From: an uncultured Planctomycetales bacterium
GTDB lineage: Bacteria; Omnitrophota; Gorgyraeia; Aquiviventales; Aquiviventaceae
DNA: 64,000 nucleotides
NCBI GenBank assembly: GCA_964556925.1
Contig: CAZKXY010000001.1
Location: 2,790-66,789, forward strand
Reading direction: 5' to 3'
Shown: positions 9,155 through 18,798 of the stretch, in pieces
How positions within the stretch are numbered: the stretch's first letter is position 1
How the letters are laid out: each line of letters opens with the position of its first letter
Notes under the pieces: generated by a model
Told to the model about the DNA's origin: nothing
Databases searched by the model: none
Seen by the model: the letters and a program-made list of their open reading frames with translations, nothing else
Position numbers and translations under genes: made by a program

Positions 9155-10438
9155 ATGGACGTCCGGTTGGTGTGGAAGTCCTATTACGGGAATGAGCCGT
9201 TGACGCTGCAGCTGCCTGACGAGTGGGACGCGCAGGTGAGCGGGATGCCGCCGCGCCAGCCGTTGAGCGACGCGGCGATCGCGGACCGGATCGCGCAGGC
9301 GCCGGTTCGCTCGGGCAGGCTGCGCGATCTCGCGCGGGGCAAGCGGCGGGTCGTGATCGCGGTGGATGACCTCACCCGGCCGACCGAAGCCCACCGGCTG
9401 GCCCCTCCCGTGCTGTCCGAGCTGGCCGCCGCCGGCGTCGAGGCGCGGCACATCGTGTTCCTCGTCGCGATGGGCACGCACCGTCCCTATACCCTGCCGG
9501 ACCTCAGGAAGAAGCTCGGGGAGGAGATCGTCCAGACGTACGCCGTCTCGAATCACAGCTGCTACCAGCACCATCGTCTCATCGGCCGCACCTGCCGGGG
9601 CACGCCGGTGCAGATCAATCAGACGTACCTGGACGCCGACCTGAAGATCGGCATCGGCACCGTGATGCCGCACCCGATTGCGGGGTTCAGCGGGGGCGGC
9701 AAGCTCGTGACGATCGGCTTAGGCGGCATTGACACGGTGGAGGGGTTGCATCGGCCTGCGCTGACCAGCCTGCAGGGGACCATCGGGCGCGTCGAGGGCA
9801 ACCCGGTCCGGGAGGAGATCGAGGAGGGCCTCCGCTTGGCGGGGTTGGATTTTTTGGTCAACACCGTCCAAACGAGCACCGGGGCCACCGCGGAGGTCTT
9901 TGCCGGGGAGCCTGCGGCCGCCTACGCGGACGCGGTCCGGGCGGCGCAGCAGGCCTATGCCTGCGACGTCAGGTATCAGAACGACGTCGGGATCTTCAAC
10001 ACCTTCCCGCGGGACACCTGGATGCTCATGTCCTTCACCTCGCTGAACGTGTGGTCGACCCGGTCCCCGGAGAAGGCCGTGGTCCGGCCCGGCGGCTCGA
10101 TCGTCATCGTCAACGCCGCCTCCGAAGGCGTGGGCGAGCACGGCTTGATGACCAAAGGGATGCGGCAGTATCGCTTGAGGGATCAGCACGGCACGTTCAA
10201 GGACATGCTCCGAGACCGCGAGCTGGTGTTTCTCTCGCCGAACATCACGCGAGCCATGATCCGGGACTACTATCAGTGCGAGGTGCAACTCGTTCGGGAC
10301 GGCGACGCCCTGGTCCGGTCTCTCCGGCGGCGTCATCCTGGCCGGGCGCGCGTGTCGGTGTTCCCGCACGGGCCGCTGCAGATGGACGGCAGCTGCCTCA
10401 CCCCGGCCCCGGCGGTCTCGTCAGTCGCCCGTGGATGA
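9155..10438 (+). CDS. LarA-family (nickel-pincer nucleotide dependent) alpha-hydroxy-acid racemase/epimerase
   Basis: VDDLTRP, MGTHRP, GRTCRGTPVQIN, PHPIAGFSGGGK, GLH motifs of lactate racemase/DUF2088. Confidence 0.85.
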   Translation: MDVRLVWKSYYGNEPLTLQLPDEWDAQVSGMPPRQPLSDAAIADRIAQAPVRSGRLRDLARGKRRVVIAVDDLTRPTEAHRLAPPVLSELAAAGVEARHIVFLVAMGTHRPYTLPDLRKKLGEEIVQTYAVSNHSCYQHHRLIGRTCRGTPVQINQTYLDADLKIGIGTVMPHPIAGFSGGGKLVTIGLGGIDTVEGLHRPALTSLQGTIGRVEGNPVREEIEEGLRLAGLDFLVNTVQTSTGATAEVFAGEPAAAYADAVRAAQQAYACDVRYQNDVGIFNTFPRDTWMLMSFTSLNVWSTRSPEKAVVRPGGSIVIVNAASEGVGEHGLMTKGMRQYRLRDQHGTFKDMLRDRELVFLSPNITRAMIRDYYQCEVQLVRDGDALVRSLRRRHPGRARVSVFPHGPLQMDGSCLTPAPAVSSVARG

Positions 10439-11352
10439 GCCGAGCGCCCCGCGCCCTCATCACCGGCGGCACCGGGCTGCTCGGGCATGCGCTGCTGGAG
10501 GCGGCGCCGTCGGGGTGGGAGGTGGCGGCGACCTACCACTGCCTCCCGCCGGCCGAAGCCTGGCGGGGCCGGTTCCACCGGCTCGATCTGCGCGATGAGG
10601 CCGCGGTCGCCGACGTCCTCGAGGCGGTCCGGCCCGATGTCGTCATCCACTCGGCCTCGGTGGGCTCTGTGGAGCAGGCCGAGCGGGATCCGGACGCCGT
10701 CAGGGCGGTCAATGTGGGCGGCACCCAGGCGATCGGCCGGGCGTGCGGCAGGATCGGCGCGCGGTGCGTGTTCATCTCCTCCAATGCGGTCTTTGACGGG
10801 GCGCACCCCCCCTATAGAGAGGAAGACCCCGTGCGCGCGGTCAACCGGTACGGGGCGATCAAGATTGAGGCGGAGCGCTGGGTGCGGGAGGCGTGCCCGG
10901 TCCCCTGGGTCGTGATCCGGCCCATCCTGATGTACGGCTGGCCGCATCCGGGAGGGCGGGGCAACGTGGTGACGCGGTGGCTGGAGCGCCTTGAGCGGGG
11001 CGAGGCGGTGGAGGTGGACGAGCGGCTCATCACCATGCCGCTCTGGGTGGGCGACTGCTCGGGCGCGATCTGGGCGGCGGTCACGCGCCAACGCACCGGT
11101 CTCTATCATGTGGCCGGCGCGGATCGGCTGAGCTTGCTGACGTTCGCGCGGCGCGTGGCCAGGGTCTTCCAGGGGAACGAGGCGCTCATCCGGCCCGCCT
11201 CGGCATCATGGCTCAGCCGGTTCGCGCCGCGCCCCACGGACACCTCCTTCGTCACGAGGAAGATGGAGCAGGAGCTTGGCATCCGGCCCCTCGGCGTCTT
11301 GGAGGGTCTGGCGATGATGCACCGGGCGCAGGTCGCGCACCGGGGCGGGTGA
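10435..11352 (+). CDS. RmlD-like SDR NDP-4-keto-sugar reductase
   Basis: LITGGTGLLG, ISSNAVFDG, YGAIK (YxxxK), APRPTDTS. Confidence 0.88.
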   Translation: MSRAPRALITGGTGLLGHALLEAAPSGWEVAATYHCLPPAEAWRGRFHRLDLRDEAAVADVLEAVRPDVVIHSASVGSVEQAERDPDAVRAVNVGGTQAIGRACGRIGARCVFISSNAVFDGAHPPYREEDPVRAVNRYGAIKIEAERWVREACPVPWVVIRPILMYGWPHPGGRGNVVTRWLERLERGEAVEVDERLITMPLWVGDCSGAIWAAVTRQRTGLYHVAGADRLSLLTFARRVARVFQGNEALIRPASASWLSRFAPRPTDTSFVTRKMEQELGIRPLGVLEGLAMMHRAQVAHRGG

Positions 11353-11357
11353 GGGCG

Positions 11358-12392
11358 ATGCGGATCCTGCTCGTGGGGCCGTCGCTGCCGTTTCCCTGGA
11401 TGGCGTACACGGCGCGGGCCCTGCGCCGCCTCGGGCATTCGCCAACGCTGTTCCGGTACACGAACCGGTGGGTCAACCGGATCGCCGGCCTGGGGGCCGG
11501 TCGGATCGCCGGGGTCTCGGCCGCGGCGCGCGCGGCCGCGGCCGCCTGGCGCGCGGCGCGCGACGAGGCGCTGGTGGCCGTGGCCCGCCGGATGCGGCCG
11601 GAGCTGGCGATCGTGCTGCGCGGCGAGCTGATTGCGCCGGCGGCGCTGGCGCAGGTGAAGCGGTCCCTCGCCGGGCCGTTCGTCACCTGGTGGGTCGACG
11701 ATCCCGGCCGCTACCCGGGCTCGGCGGAGCGGCTGCGGCTGTACGACCACGTGTTCCTGTTCGATCGGGCGTGCGTGCGGCGGCTGGCGGCGGGGGGCGC
11801 GCGCGTGACGTTCCTGCCGTGCGCCTGCGACGAGACCGTGTTCCAGCCGAGGGCGTTGAGCGCCAGGGAGCGGCGCCGGTACGGCTGTGACATCGCGCTG
11901 GTGGGGTGGTACTACCCCAACCGCGCCGAGGTGGTGCAGGCCCTCAGCGGGTTCCGGGTCGGCATCTGGGGCCGGGGCTGGGCGCGCGCGGACGCGCGGC
12001 GGGCGCTGAACGGCATCGGGTCCCGGGCGCTGCGCAGCCGTCGCTACGTGAGCGACGGCTGCGCGGCGGCCATCTACAACGCGGCCGCCCTCGGGCTCAA
12101 CGTCCATCACGCGCAGGCCCGCGAGGCCGGCTTGAACACGCGCACCTTCGAGGTGCTGGCGGCCGGCGGGTGCGAGCTGGTCGATGCGGTGCCGGGCCTG
12201 GAGGAGCTGCTGCGACCCGGCGAGGAGCTGCTCATGTACCGCTCGCCCTCGGAAGCGCGCGAGCTGGCGGCCCACTACCTCCGGCGGCCGCGCGAGCGGG
12301 CCCGGATCGCGGCGCGGGGACGCGCCCGGGTGCTGGCCGAGCACACCTATGTGCACCGGATGCGGAGGCTGCTCCGCGCGGTGGCCCGATGA
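11358..12392 (+). CDS. CgeB-like glycosyltransferase (Glyco_trans_1_2)
   Basis: WWVDDP, LNVH, LNTRTFEVLAAG, EHTYVHRM. Confidence 0.88.
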   Translation: MRILLVGPSLPFPWMAYTARALRRLGHSPTLFRYTNRWVNRIAGLGAGRIAGVSAAARAAAAAWRAARDEALVAVARRMRPELAIVLRGELIAPAALAQVKRSLAGPFVTWWVDDPGRYPGSAERLRLYDHVFLFDRACVRRLAAGGARVTFLPCACDETVFQPRALSARERRRYGCDIALVGWYYPNRAEVVQALSGFRVGIWGRGWARADARRALNGIGSRALRSRRYVSDGCAAAIYNAAALGLNVHHAQAREAGLNTRTFEVLAAGGCELVDAVPGLEELLRPGEELLMYRSPSEARELAAHYLRRPRERARIAARGRARVLAEHTYVHRMRRLLRAVAR

Positions 12393-15154
12393 CGCGCAAG
12401 CTGCATGAGCCGGATGTGACGGCGCGGACGGCGGTCCGCTACGGCTACCTCTGGGATCGCTCCTGCCGCGCGTCGAGCCTGGACGGCGCCCGCCCGCACC
12501 ATTTTGACCGGATGCGGCAGGCCCTGTCGCTGCCGCCGCTCCGGGGGCTGGTGCTGGATGCGGGCTGCGGGGAGGGCCTCGACCTCGCCAACCAGGCCAG
12601 GCGGCCTGGCCTTGAGATCATCGGCGTGGAGCTGAGCAAGGGGGGCTGCCAGGCCAGCGCCGCGCGCACGCGGGGGCTTTCGGCCGCCTCGGTGGTGCAG
12701 GGCGATCTCCGGCGGCTGCCCTTCGCCGACGGCCTGTTCGACTTCATCTATAGTTATGGCGTCCTCCACCACCTGCCCGCGCCGGAGGCAGGGCTGGCGG
12801 AGCTCGTCCGGGTCCTCAAGCCGGGCTCGCGGATCGCCCTGTACCTGTATGAGGATTTTCGAGAGCGGCCGCTCCTCTGGCGCGGGCTCCTGGCGGCGGC
12901 CACGCCGTGCCGCCGGCTGACGACCCGGATGCCGCCCGCGCTGCTGTACCGGTGCTGCCAGGTTGGCTCGCCGATGGTCTACGCCCTCTTCACGGTGCCC
13001 CACCGCCTCTTCCGCGCGATCCCGGGGTGCCGCTCGCTGGCGGCCGGCATGCCGTTCCGGCACGGCACCGGGCCGTTCAGTTTGGTCGGCGACCTCTATG
13101 ACCGGTTCTCCGCGCCGATCGAGCGGCGGTATACCCGGCAGGCTGCGCGGGCGCTCCTTGAGCAGGCTGGCCTGGGGGATCTGCAGATCGTGAACGACCG
13201 AGGATGGATCGTCGCTGGCACCAAGCCGGCCTCGCGCGAGGAGGCGGCGCGGTCGGCGCAGGCCGAGCGGCGGGCGCCAGCCGACCGGCAGGCGGAAGCC
13301 CCCGCCGCCGGCGCGCTCGCCGGCAAAGAGATCCTGTGCCTCTCGTCGATCGATTGGGACTTCATCTGGCAGGGCCACCAGGAGATCATGACAACCCTCG
13401 CCAAGCAGGGCCACCGCGTGCTGTTCATCGAGAACACCGGGGTGCGCGCCCCGCGGCTTCGGGATCTGCCCCGCCTGACGCACCGCCTGCTGAACTGGCT
13501 GCGCAGCACGAAGGGGTTCCGCGAGGAGCGGGAGCGTCTCTTCGTCTACTCGCCCCTGATCCTGCCGTTTCCCTATTCCCCCGCGGCCCGCGGGGTGAAC
13601 CGCTGGTTGCTGCTGCGCGCGCTCCAGCGCTGGATGCGCGCCGCCGGCTTTCAGCGGCCCATCCTGTGGACCTTCCTGCCCACGCCGCTCGCCCTGGATC
13701 TCATCCGGGAGCTGGATCCGGAGCTGACGGTCTACTACTGCATTGACGACCTGGCGTCCAGCTCCACGGCCGCCAAGCGCATCAGCCGCAGCGAAGCCCA
13801 GCTCTTCCGGGCGGCCGACCTCGTGTTCGTGACCTCCGAGAAGCTCCGTGAGCGCGCCGCGCGCCTCAACGACCAGGTCCATGTCTTCCCCTTCGGGGTG
13901 GACTTCGAGGCGTTCACCGAGGTGCGCCTGCGCGTCGAGGAGCCGCCGGCGGACCTGCGGGGCATCCCACGGCCCGTGGTCGGCTATGTGGGCGGGCTGC
14001 ATCGCTGGGTGGACCAGGAGCTGTTGGCGGAGGTGGCCGGCCGCCTGCCGCAGGCCACCTTCCTCCTGATCGGGCCGGCCCAGACGGACCTCTCACGGCT
14101 CCTCCGCTGCCCGAACGTACGGTGGCTGGGCGCCCGGCCCCACGATGAGCTGCCGCGCTATGCCAAATCGTTTGACGTGGGGATCGTGCCCTATTCCCTG
14201 AGCGAGTACACGGCCCACGTCTATCCGACGAAGCTCAACGAGTATCTCGCGATGGGGATCCCCGTGATCGCCACGGCGCTGCCTGAAGTGCAGCGGTTCA
14301 ACGCGCGGCACGGGGAGGTGGTGGCGGTGGCGCGGGATGCCGGCGAGTTCGCCCGGGCGATCCGCGACGCCCTGACGGGCAACTCGCCTGAGCTCATCGG
14401 GCGGCGGATCGAGGCGTCGCGCCAGAACAGCTGGAGCGCCCGGATCGCCCAGATGTCTGCGCTGATTGCGCAGCGGCTGGCGAGCCGCCAGGCGGACGGG
14501 GAGCGGTGGCAGGAGTCGCTGCGGAGCCTCTACCGGACCGCCCGCCGACGGCTGGTGCGGGTGGTGGCGGTCGGCGGGATGGCGTACGCGCTGCTGTTTC
14601 AGAGCCCGCTCCTCTGGCTGGTCGCCGAGCCGCTTCGGGTGACCGCGCCGCCTGCGCACGCTGAGGTGATCGTGGTGTTTGCCGGAGGCGTCGGGGAGTC
14701 AGGCAAGGCGGGTGGCGGGTATCAAGAGCGCGTGAAGCAAGCCGTCGATCTCTACCGGCAGGGGAGCGCCCCGCGGATCATCTTCTCCTCCGGGTACACG
14801 TTTGTCTTCCCGGAAGCCGAAGTGATGCGCGAGCTGGCGGTGGCGCACGGCGTGCCGGCCTCCGCGATCATCTTGGAGCAGCGCGCCGCCACCACCTACG
14901 AGAACGTCGCGCGCGCGGCGGAGATCCTCACCGCGCACGGCTGGCGCTCCGCCCTCCTGGTGAGCTCCCCCTATCACATGCGGCGCGCGCTGCTGGCATG
15001 GCGCAAGGCCGCGCCCCAGATCCGCGTGTCGCCGGCGCCCGTTGCCGACAGCCGCTTCTACGCCCACACGCGCGGGGCGACGCTGGAGCAGATTCGCGGG
15101 ATCCTCCACGAGTACGTCGGGATCGTGTATTACTGGGCCAAGGGATGGATCTAG
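12389..15154 (+). CDS. Three-domain fusion: SAM methyltransferase + TuaH-like GT4 + YdcF/ElyC (DUF218)
   Basis: VLDAGCGEG...VLKPG; SSIDWDFIWQGHQ...PTKLNEYLAMG; TM segment, then IVVFAGG...TTYEN...VSSPYHMRRA...HEYVG; ATGA overlap at 12389. Confidence 0.85.
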   Translation: MTRKLHEPDVTARTAVRYGYLWDRSCRASSLDGARPHHFDRMRQALSLPPLRGLVLDAGCGEGLDLANQARRPGLEIIGVELSKGGCQASAARTRGLSAASVVQGDLRRLPFADGLFDFIYSYGVLHHLPAPEAGLAELVRVLKPGSRIALYLYEDFRERPLLWRGLLAAATPCRRLTTRMPPALLYRCCQVGSPMVYALFTVPHRLFRAIPGCRSLAAGMPFRHGTGPFSLVGDLYDRFSAPIERRYTRQAARALLEQAGLGDLQIVNDRGWIVAGTKPASREEAARSAQAERRAPADRQAEAPAAGALAGKEILCLSSIDWDFIWQGHQEIMTTLAKQGHRVLFIENTGVRAPRLRDLPRLTHRLLNWLRSTKGFREERERLFVYSPLILPFPYSPAARGVNRWLLLRALQRWMRAAGFQRPILWTFLPTPLALDLIRELDPELTVYYCIDDLASSSTAAKRISRSEAQLFRAADLVFVTSEKLRERAARLNDQVHVFPFGVDFEAFTEVRLRVEEPPADLRGIPRPVVGYVGGLHRWVDQELLAEVAGRLPQATFLLIGPAQTDLSRLLRCPNVRWLGARPHDELPRYAKSFDVGIVPYSLSEYTAHVYPTKLNEYLAMGIPVIATALPEVQRFNARHGEVVAVARDAGEFARAIRDALTGNSPELIGRRIEASRQNSWSARIAQMSALIAQRLASRQADGERWQESLRSLYRTARRRLVRVVAVGGMAYALLFQSPLLWLVAEPLRVTAPPAHAEVIVVFAGGVGESGKAGGGYQERVKQAVDLYRQGSAPRIIFSSGYTFVFPEAEVMRELAVAHGVPASAIILEQRAATTYENVARAAEILTAHGWRSALLVSSPYHMRRALLAWRKAAPQIRVSPAPVADSRFYAHTRGATLEQIRGILHEYVGIVYYWAKGWI

Positions 15155-15930
15155 CATTTGTTCCGCACCCACCTGTCGCTCAGGGCTCAGGGCTCGGGGC
15201 TCAGGGTCCTTGCCCCCAGCCCCCAGCCCAGAGCCTCGAGCGCCGTTCTGTGAGGCGGTTGCCGGCGTCCATCGTCGTGCCGGTTCACAATGAAAACCCG
15301 GAGGTGGTCCGGCGCCTGGCGGAGGCGTGCCGTGCCGCGTACGGCGAGACTGAGCTCATCATTGTCGATGACGGCTCGCGGCCCCCGCAGCCTGTGGCGA
15401 CGCTCCGGCATCCGCGCCAACGCGGGTATGGGGCGGCCATCAAGACCGGCATCGCGGCGGCGCGCCAGCCGTGGATCGTGACGATGGATGGCGACGGCCA
15501 GCATCGGGTCGACGACATCGCCCGGCTCTACGAGGTCGCGACCGCGGCGGGGCTGGACATGGCGATCGGCGACCGGCGCCTGGCGGAGCCGGACGCGCTG
15601 CGGTGGGGGGGCTCGCAGGCCATGAACGCGCTGGCCCGCGTCGTCACCGGATTGCCCATCCGCGATTTGAACTGCGGCCTGCGGCTGTTTCGGAAAGCGC
15701 TCGCGCAGCGGCTGGCCGATCAGCTCTCCGACGGGTTTTCCTTCACCACCACGATCGTCATGGCGTTCTTCGCCGAGGGCGCCCGGGTCGGGTGGGTGCC
15801 GGTGGTGGTGCGGCCGCGGACGCACGGGGGCAGCAAGGTGCGGTTGGTGGAAGACGGGTGCCTGACGGCCGCTGCGATCCTCTGCGCCGGCAGCCGGTGC
15901 CGGCTGAAGCGCTGGCGGCGCCGCGGATGA
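15145..15930 (+). CDS. GT2 glycosyltransferase (DPM1-like)
   Basis: SIVVPVHNE, VDDGS, RGYGAAIKTG, MDGDGQH, DLNCGLR; start either ATG 15145 (overlapping upstream stop, reading through a heptamer repeat) or GTG 15250. Confidence 0.88.
   Translation: MDLAFVPHPPVAQGSGLGAQGPCPQPPAQSLERRSVRRLPASIVVPVHNENPEVVRRLAEACRAAYGETELIIVDDGSRPPQPVATLRHPRQRGYGAAIKTGIAAARQPWIVTMDGDGQHRVDDIARLYEVATAAGLDMAIGDRRLAEPDALRWGGSQAMNALARVVTGLPIRDLNCGLRLFRKALAQRLADQLSDGFSFTTTIVMAFFAEGARVGWVPVVVRPRTHGGSKVRLVEDGCLTAAAILCAGSRCRLKRWRRRG
15178..15241. repeat. Inverted heptamer tandem array (GCTCAGG)x4 followed by complementary CCnnAGC-type units
   Basis: gctcagg gctcagg gctcggg gctcagg ... ccccagc ccccagc ccagagc ctcgagc. 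Confidence 0.75.
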
Positions 15931-16685
15931 CGCGTTCCCTGGCGGAGCTCTGGCGCGTGTCGCGGCTGTCGTTGAGCATCCTGAAGCAGATGACCGTGGA
16001 ACGGGGACCCCGCGAGACGGCGGCGTTCGCCTGGCTCGGGCTCTGCCGAGCGCTCCAGGGCAAGCCGCTGCCGCAGACGCCGGACATCAACCGGCTGTTG
16101 TGGACGCACTATGATTGGTCCCGGGGAGGTCATGAGTGGTCCGACAGCCCGGCCTGGACCGCCAGCGTCGTTGACCATCTGCTCATCCCGCATGTGCCGA
16201 TGGGCAGCCGCGTCCTGGAGATCGGCCCTGGGGCGGGGCGCTGGAGCGAGCCTCTCGCGCGCCGGGCCAGCCGGCTCGTCCTGGTCGATGTCACGCCCAG
16301 GTGCATCGACCTCTGCCGCCGGCGGTTTCAGGCGCTGCCCCAGGTCGAGTGCGTGCTGACGGACGGCACCGACCTCAGCGCCGTGGCGCCGGGCTCCATC
16401 GATCGCGTCTGGTCGTGGGATGTGTTCATCCATTTGCAGCGGTCTGACCAGGAGTCCTACCTGCGGCAGTGTGGCGCCCTCCTGGCGCCGGCAGGGCGCG
16501 GGCTGATCCATCACACGGTCGCGCCCTCTGGGCGAGGGTGGCGCAGCGTCGTCCCCGCCGAGCAGATGGTCCAGATGTGCCGGACGAGCGGGCTGGAGGT
16601 TGTCCGGCAGTTCACCACGTGGGGCGATGGGCGGTGGGCCACGCCGACCCCGGCGGACCTGATCACCGTGTTCGCAAAGGCATGA
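15927..16685 (+). CDS. Class I SAM-dependent methyltransferase
   Basis: VLEIGPGAGRW, LVDV, SIDRVWSWDVFIH, LAPAGRGLIHH. Confidence 0.88.
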   Translation: MTRSLAELWRVSRLSLSILKQMTVERGPRETAAFAWLGLCRALQGKPLPQTPDINRLLWTHYDWSRGGHEWSDSPAWTASVVDHLLIPHVPMGSRVLEIGPGAGRWSEPLARRASRLVLVDVTPRCIDLCRRRFQALPQVECVLTDGTDLSAVAPGSIDRVWSWDVFIHLQRSDQESYLRQCGALLAPAGRGLIHHTVAPSGRGWRSVVPAEQMVQMCRTSGLEVVRQFTTWGDGRWATPTPADLITVFAKA

Positions 16686-17989
16686 CGCCGTGCCGACCCT
16701 CCTCCGTCCTGCAATGGCTCACCCTGGGCTACCTCCTGCTGCTGCCCCTCGGCGGCGCCCCGCTTCCGGCGAACATGCAGTGGGCCGATCTGGCGTTTGT
16801 CGCGCTGGGTGCAGCGGTCGTCGCCACGCAGCGTCGGGGCCTCCTGATCAGGCATCCCATGGATTGGCTCGTCGCGGCGTACCTCGCAGGGTCGGTGGTG
16901 TCGTGTTGGCGCAGCACGGATCTCGTGCAGAGCGGCCTGGGGCTCGCCCAGCAGGGCTCGCTCGTGCTCGTCTATCTCGTGTTCAGCGCGATCGCCAGGC
17001 CGCGCGGGATGGTGCCGAAGATCGCCTGCTGGGGCGCGTGGACGGCGATGCTCTTCGCCGGGGCCAGCCTGCTGGCGCTGGGGCTCTACGTGATGACCGG
17101 CGTCGAGCGTGGGCCGTGGCTCTCCGTGGGGCCGATTCCTGGCGCCGGCACCATCGCCCGCATCAAAGGCGCCCTGCTGTCGCCGGGCTTCTTCTGCAAC
17201 TACCTGACCATGGCGCTGCCCTGGCTGATCCTCCTGCCGCAGGGTCCCGCGCATGCGCACGCGACGCGCTGGTGGCGCGCGGCGCGCGCCGTGGTCATGG
17301 GCGCGGCGATGGGCACGGCCACCGCCAGCGTGGCGGGCTTCCTGGCGGGTGGCCTGGCGAGCGTGTGGGCGCTCTGGCGGTCCACCCGGTGGCTGCGCCT
17401 CGCCCGCGCCGGCCTGGCCGCGGCAGCGGCCGTCACGCTGGTGGTGATGAACCTCATGGTGACCGTCGCCGTGCGCGACCTCTCATGGGCCAGCGATCGC
17501 AACTCCCGCGTCGGCGCTGCCGGGCACGAGTACGCGTTCCTGCCGGAGGGCGGCGCCGAGCGGCTCACCGTGAGCGTCTCGTACGTCCCCATCAGTTACG
17601 GCCTGCTCAAGCGCGTCGCGGTCGAGGCGTTCAGGCGCGAGCCGCTGACCGGCATCGGCTTGGGCGCCTTCCACGCCGAGACCGAGCGGGCGTACCAGCA
17701 GGGGACGCTCCATCAGCCCTACCGGGCGGCTGATCCGCACGCCGAATGGCTGGGCCGGCTGGCCGAAACCGGCCTCGTGGGGTTCGTGACGCTGGCGGCG
17801 TTCTGGGTCGGGGTCTTCCGCTTGGCCGCGCGCCTGAGCCGGGGCTCGCGCGCCGACGCGTGGGTGCTGCGGGCGCTGATCGCTGGCTGGATCGGCGTGC
17901 TCGTCAACAGCCTCAACGCCGATGTCATGAACTTTCGCTTCCTCTGGGTGGGGCTGGGCGTGCTGCGGGCGCTGGCGCTGCGATGCTGA
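16682..17989 (+). CDS. O-antigen ligase/polymerase-family (Wzy_C) membrane protein
   Basis: Multiple TM helices; PLTGIGLGAF ... DPHAEWLGRLAETGLVG. Confidence 0.82.
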   Translation: MTPCRPSSVLQWLTLGYLLLLPLGGAPLPANMQWADLAFVALGAAVVATQRRGLLIRHPMDWLVAAYLAGSVVSCWRSTDLVQSGLGLAQQGSLVLVYLVFSAIARPRGMVPKIACWGAWTAMLFAGASLLALGLYVMTGVERGPWLSVGPIPGAGTIARIKGALLSPGFFCNYLTMALPWLILLPQGPAHAHATRWWRAARAVVMGAAMGTATASVAGFLAGGLASVWALWRSTRWLRLARAGLAAAAAVTLVVMNLMVTVAVRDLSWASDRNSRVGAAGHEYAFLPEGGAERLTVSVSYVPISYGLLKRVAVEAFRREPLTGIGLGAFHAETERAYQQGTLHQPYRAADPHAEWLGRLAETGLVGFVTLAAFWVGVFRLAARLSRGSRADAWVLRALIAGWIGVLVNSLNADVMNFRFLWVGLGVLRALALRC

Positions 17990-18798
17990 AACTCTTGGTG
18001 CGGGACGCGCTCAGCGTCATGCGGTGGGGGCTCCATCGCCTGCTGCGTCGGCCGGTTCGGTCAGGGGTGCGGATCCTCCTCTACCATGCGATTGCCACGC
18101 TGCCGCGCCGGCGCGATCGATGGCGCCTGAGCGTGCCGCCCGCGCTGCTGGCGGCGCACGTGGCGTGGCTGAGGCGACACGGGTATGCCATCGTGTCCTT
18201 GGAGGACGCGCTGGACATGATTCGGGGCACGCGGCCGATGATCGAGAAAGCCGTGGCGGTGACGTTTGACGACGGCTTCCGGGATGTCCTGACGCAGGCC
18301 TACCCCATCCTCCGGCAGGCGCAGGTGCCGGCCACGGTGTTTGTGGTGCCGGGCTGCCTCGGGTCGCCGGAGCCGTTCCCGTGGGTGGAGCCGTCGGTCG
18401 GGTTTGCCCGACCGCTGCAGTGGGAGGAGCTGCAGACGCTGCTTGGCGATCAGCTGGTGTCCATTGGCTCCCATACGTGGAGCCATCGGACGCTCAGCCG
18501 GCTGCCGGTCGAGGAGCAGGGGCTGGAGCTTGCGCGATCCAAGTCGGCGCTGGAAGCCCGGCTGGGCACGAGCGTCAAATGGCTCGCGTATCCGTACGGT
18601 CATGCCGGCTCGTTCTCCCAGGAGACGATCGCGTGCGTCCAGCGCGTCGGGTTCGAGGCGGCGTTCGCCAACATCATGGGGGTCAATCGCGCGGGCGACT
18701 CGCTCTGGATGGTGAGGCGCACGCGCGTGGGCTGGGACGATCGGCTCTGGCGATTTCATCTGAAAATGGCCGGGGCCTACGACTGGCTGGACCGATGA
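17983..18798 (+). CDS. Polysaccharide deacetylase (CE4/NodB)
   Basis: ILLYHAI, VTFDDGF, IGSHTWSH, AYPYG. Confidence 0.92.
   Translation: MLKLLVRDALSVMRWGLHRLLRRPVRSGVRILLYHAIATLPRRRDRWRLSVPPALLAAHVAWLRRHGYAIVSLEDALDMIRGTRPMIEKAVAVTFDDGFRDVLTQAYPILRQAQVPATVFVVPGCLGSPEPFPWVEPSVGFARPLQWEELQTLLGDQLVSIGSHTWSHRTLSRLPVEEQGLELARSKSALEARLGTSVKWLAYPYGHAGSFSQETIACVQRVGFEAAFANIMGVNRAGDSLWMVRRTRVGWDDRLWRFHLKMAGAYDWLDR

Noticed and set aside
11906-12388. Long Arg/Gly/Ala-rich N-terminal extensions in the ORF track (also 10051, 15471, 18381, 26953, 40982, 53796, 54194, 56867)
   Set aside because: They overlap the upstream gene out of frame; downstream ATGs at or near the upstream stop give normal family N-termini.
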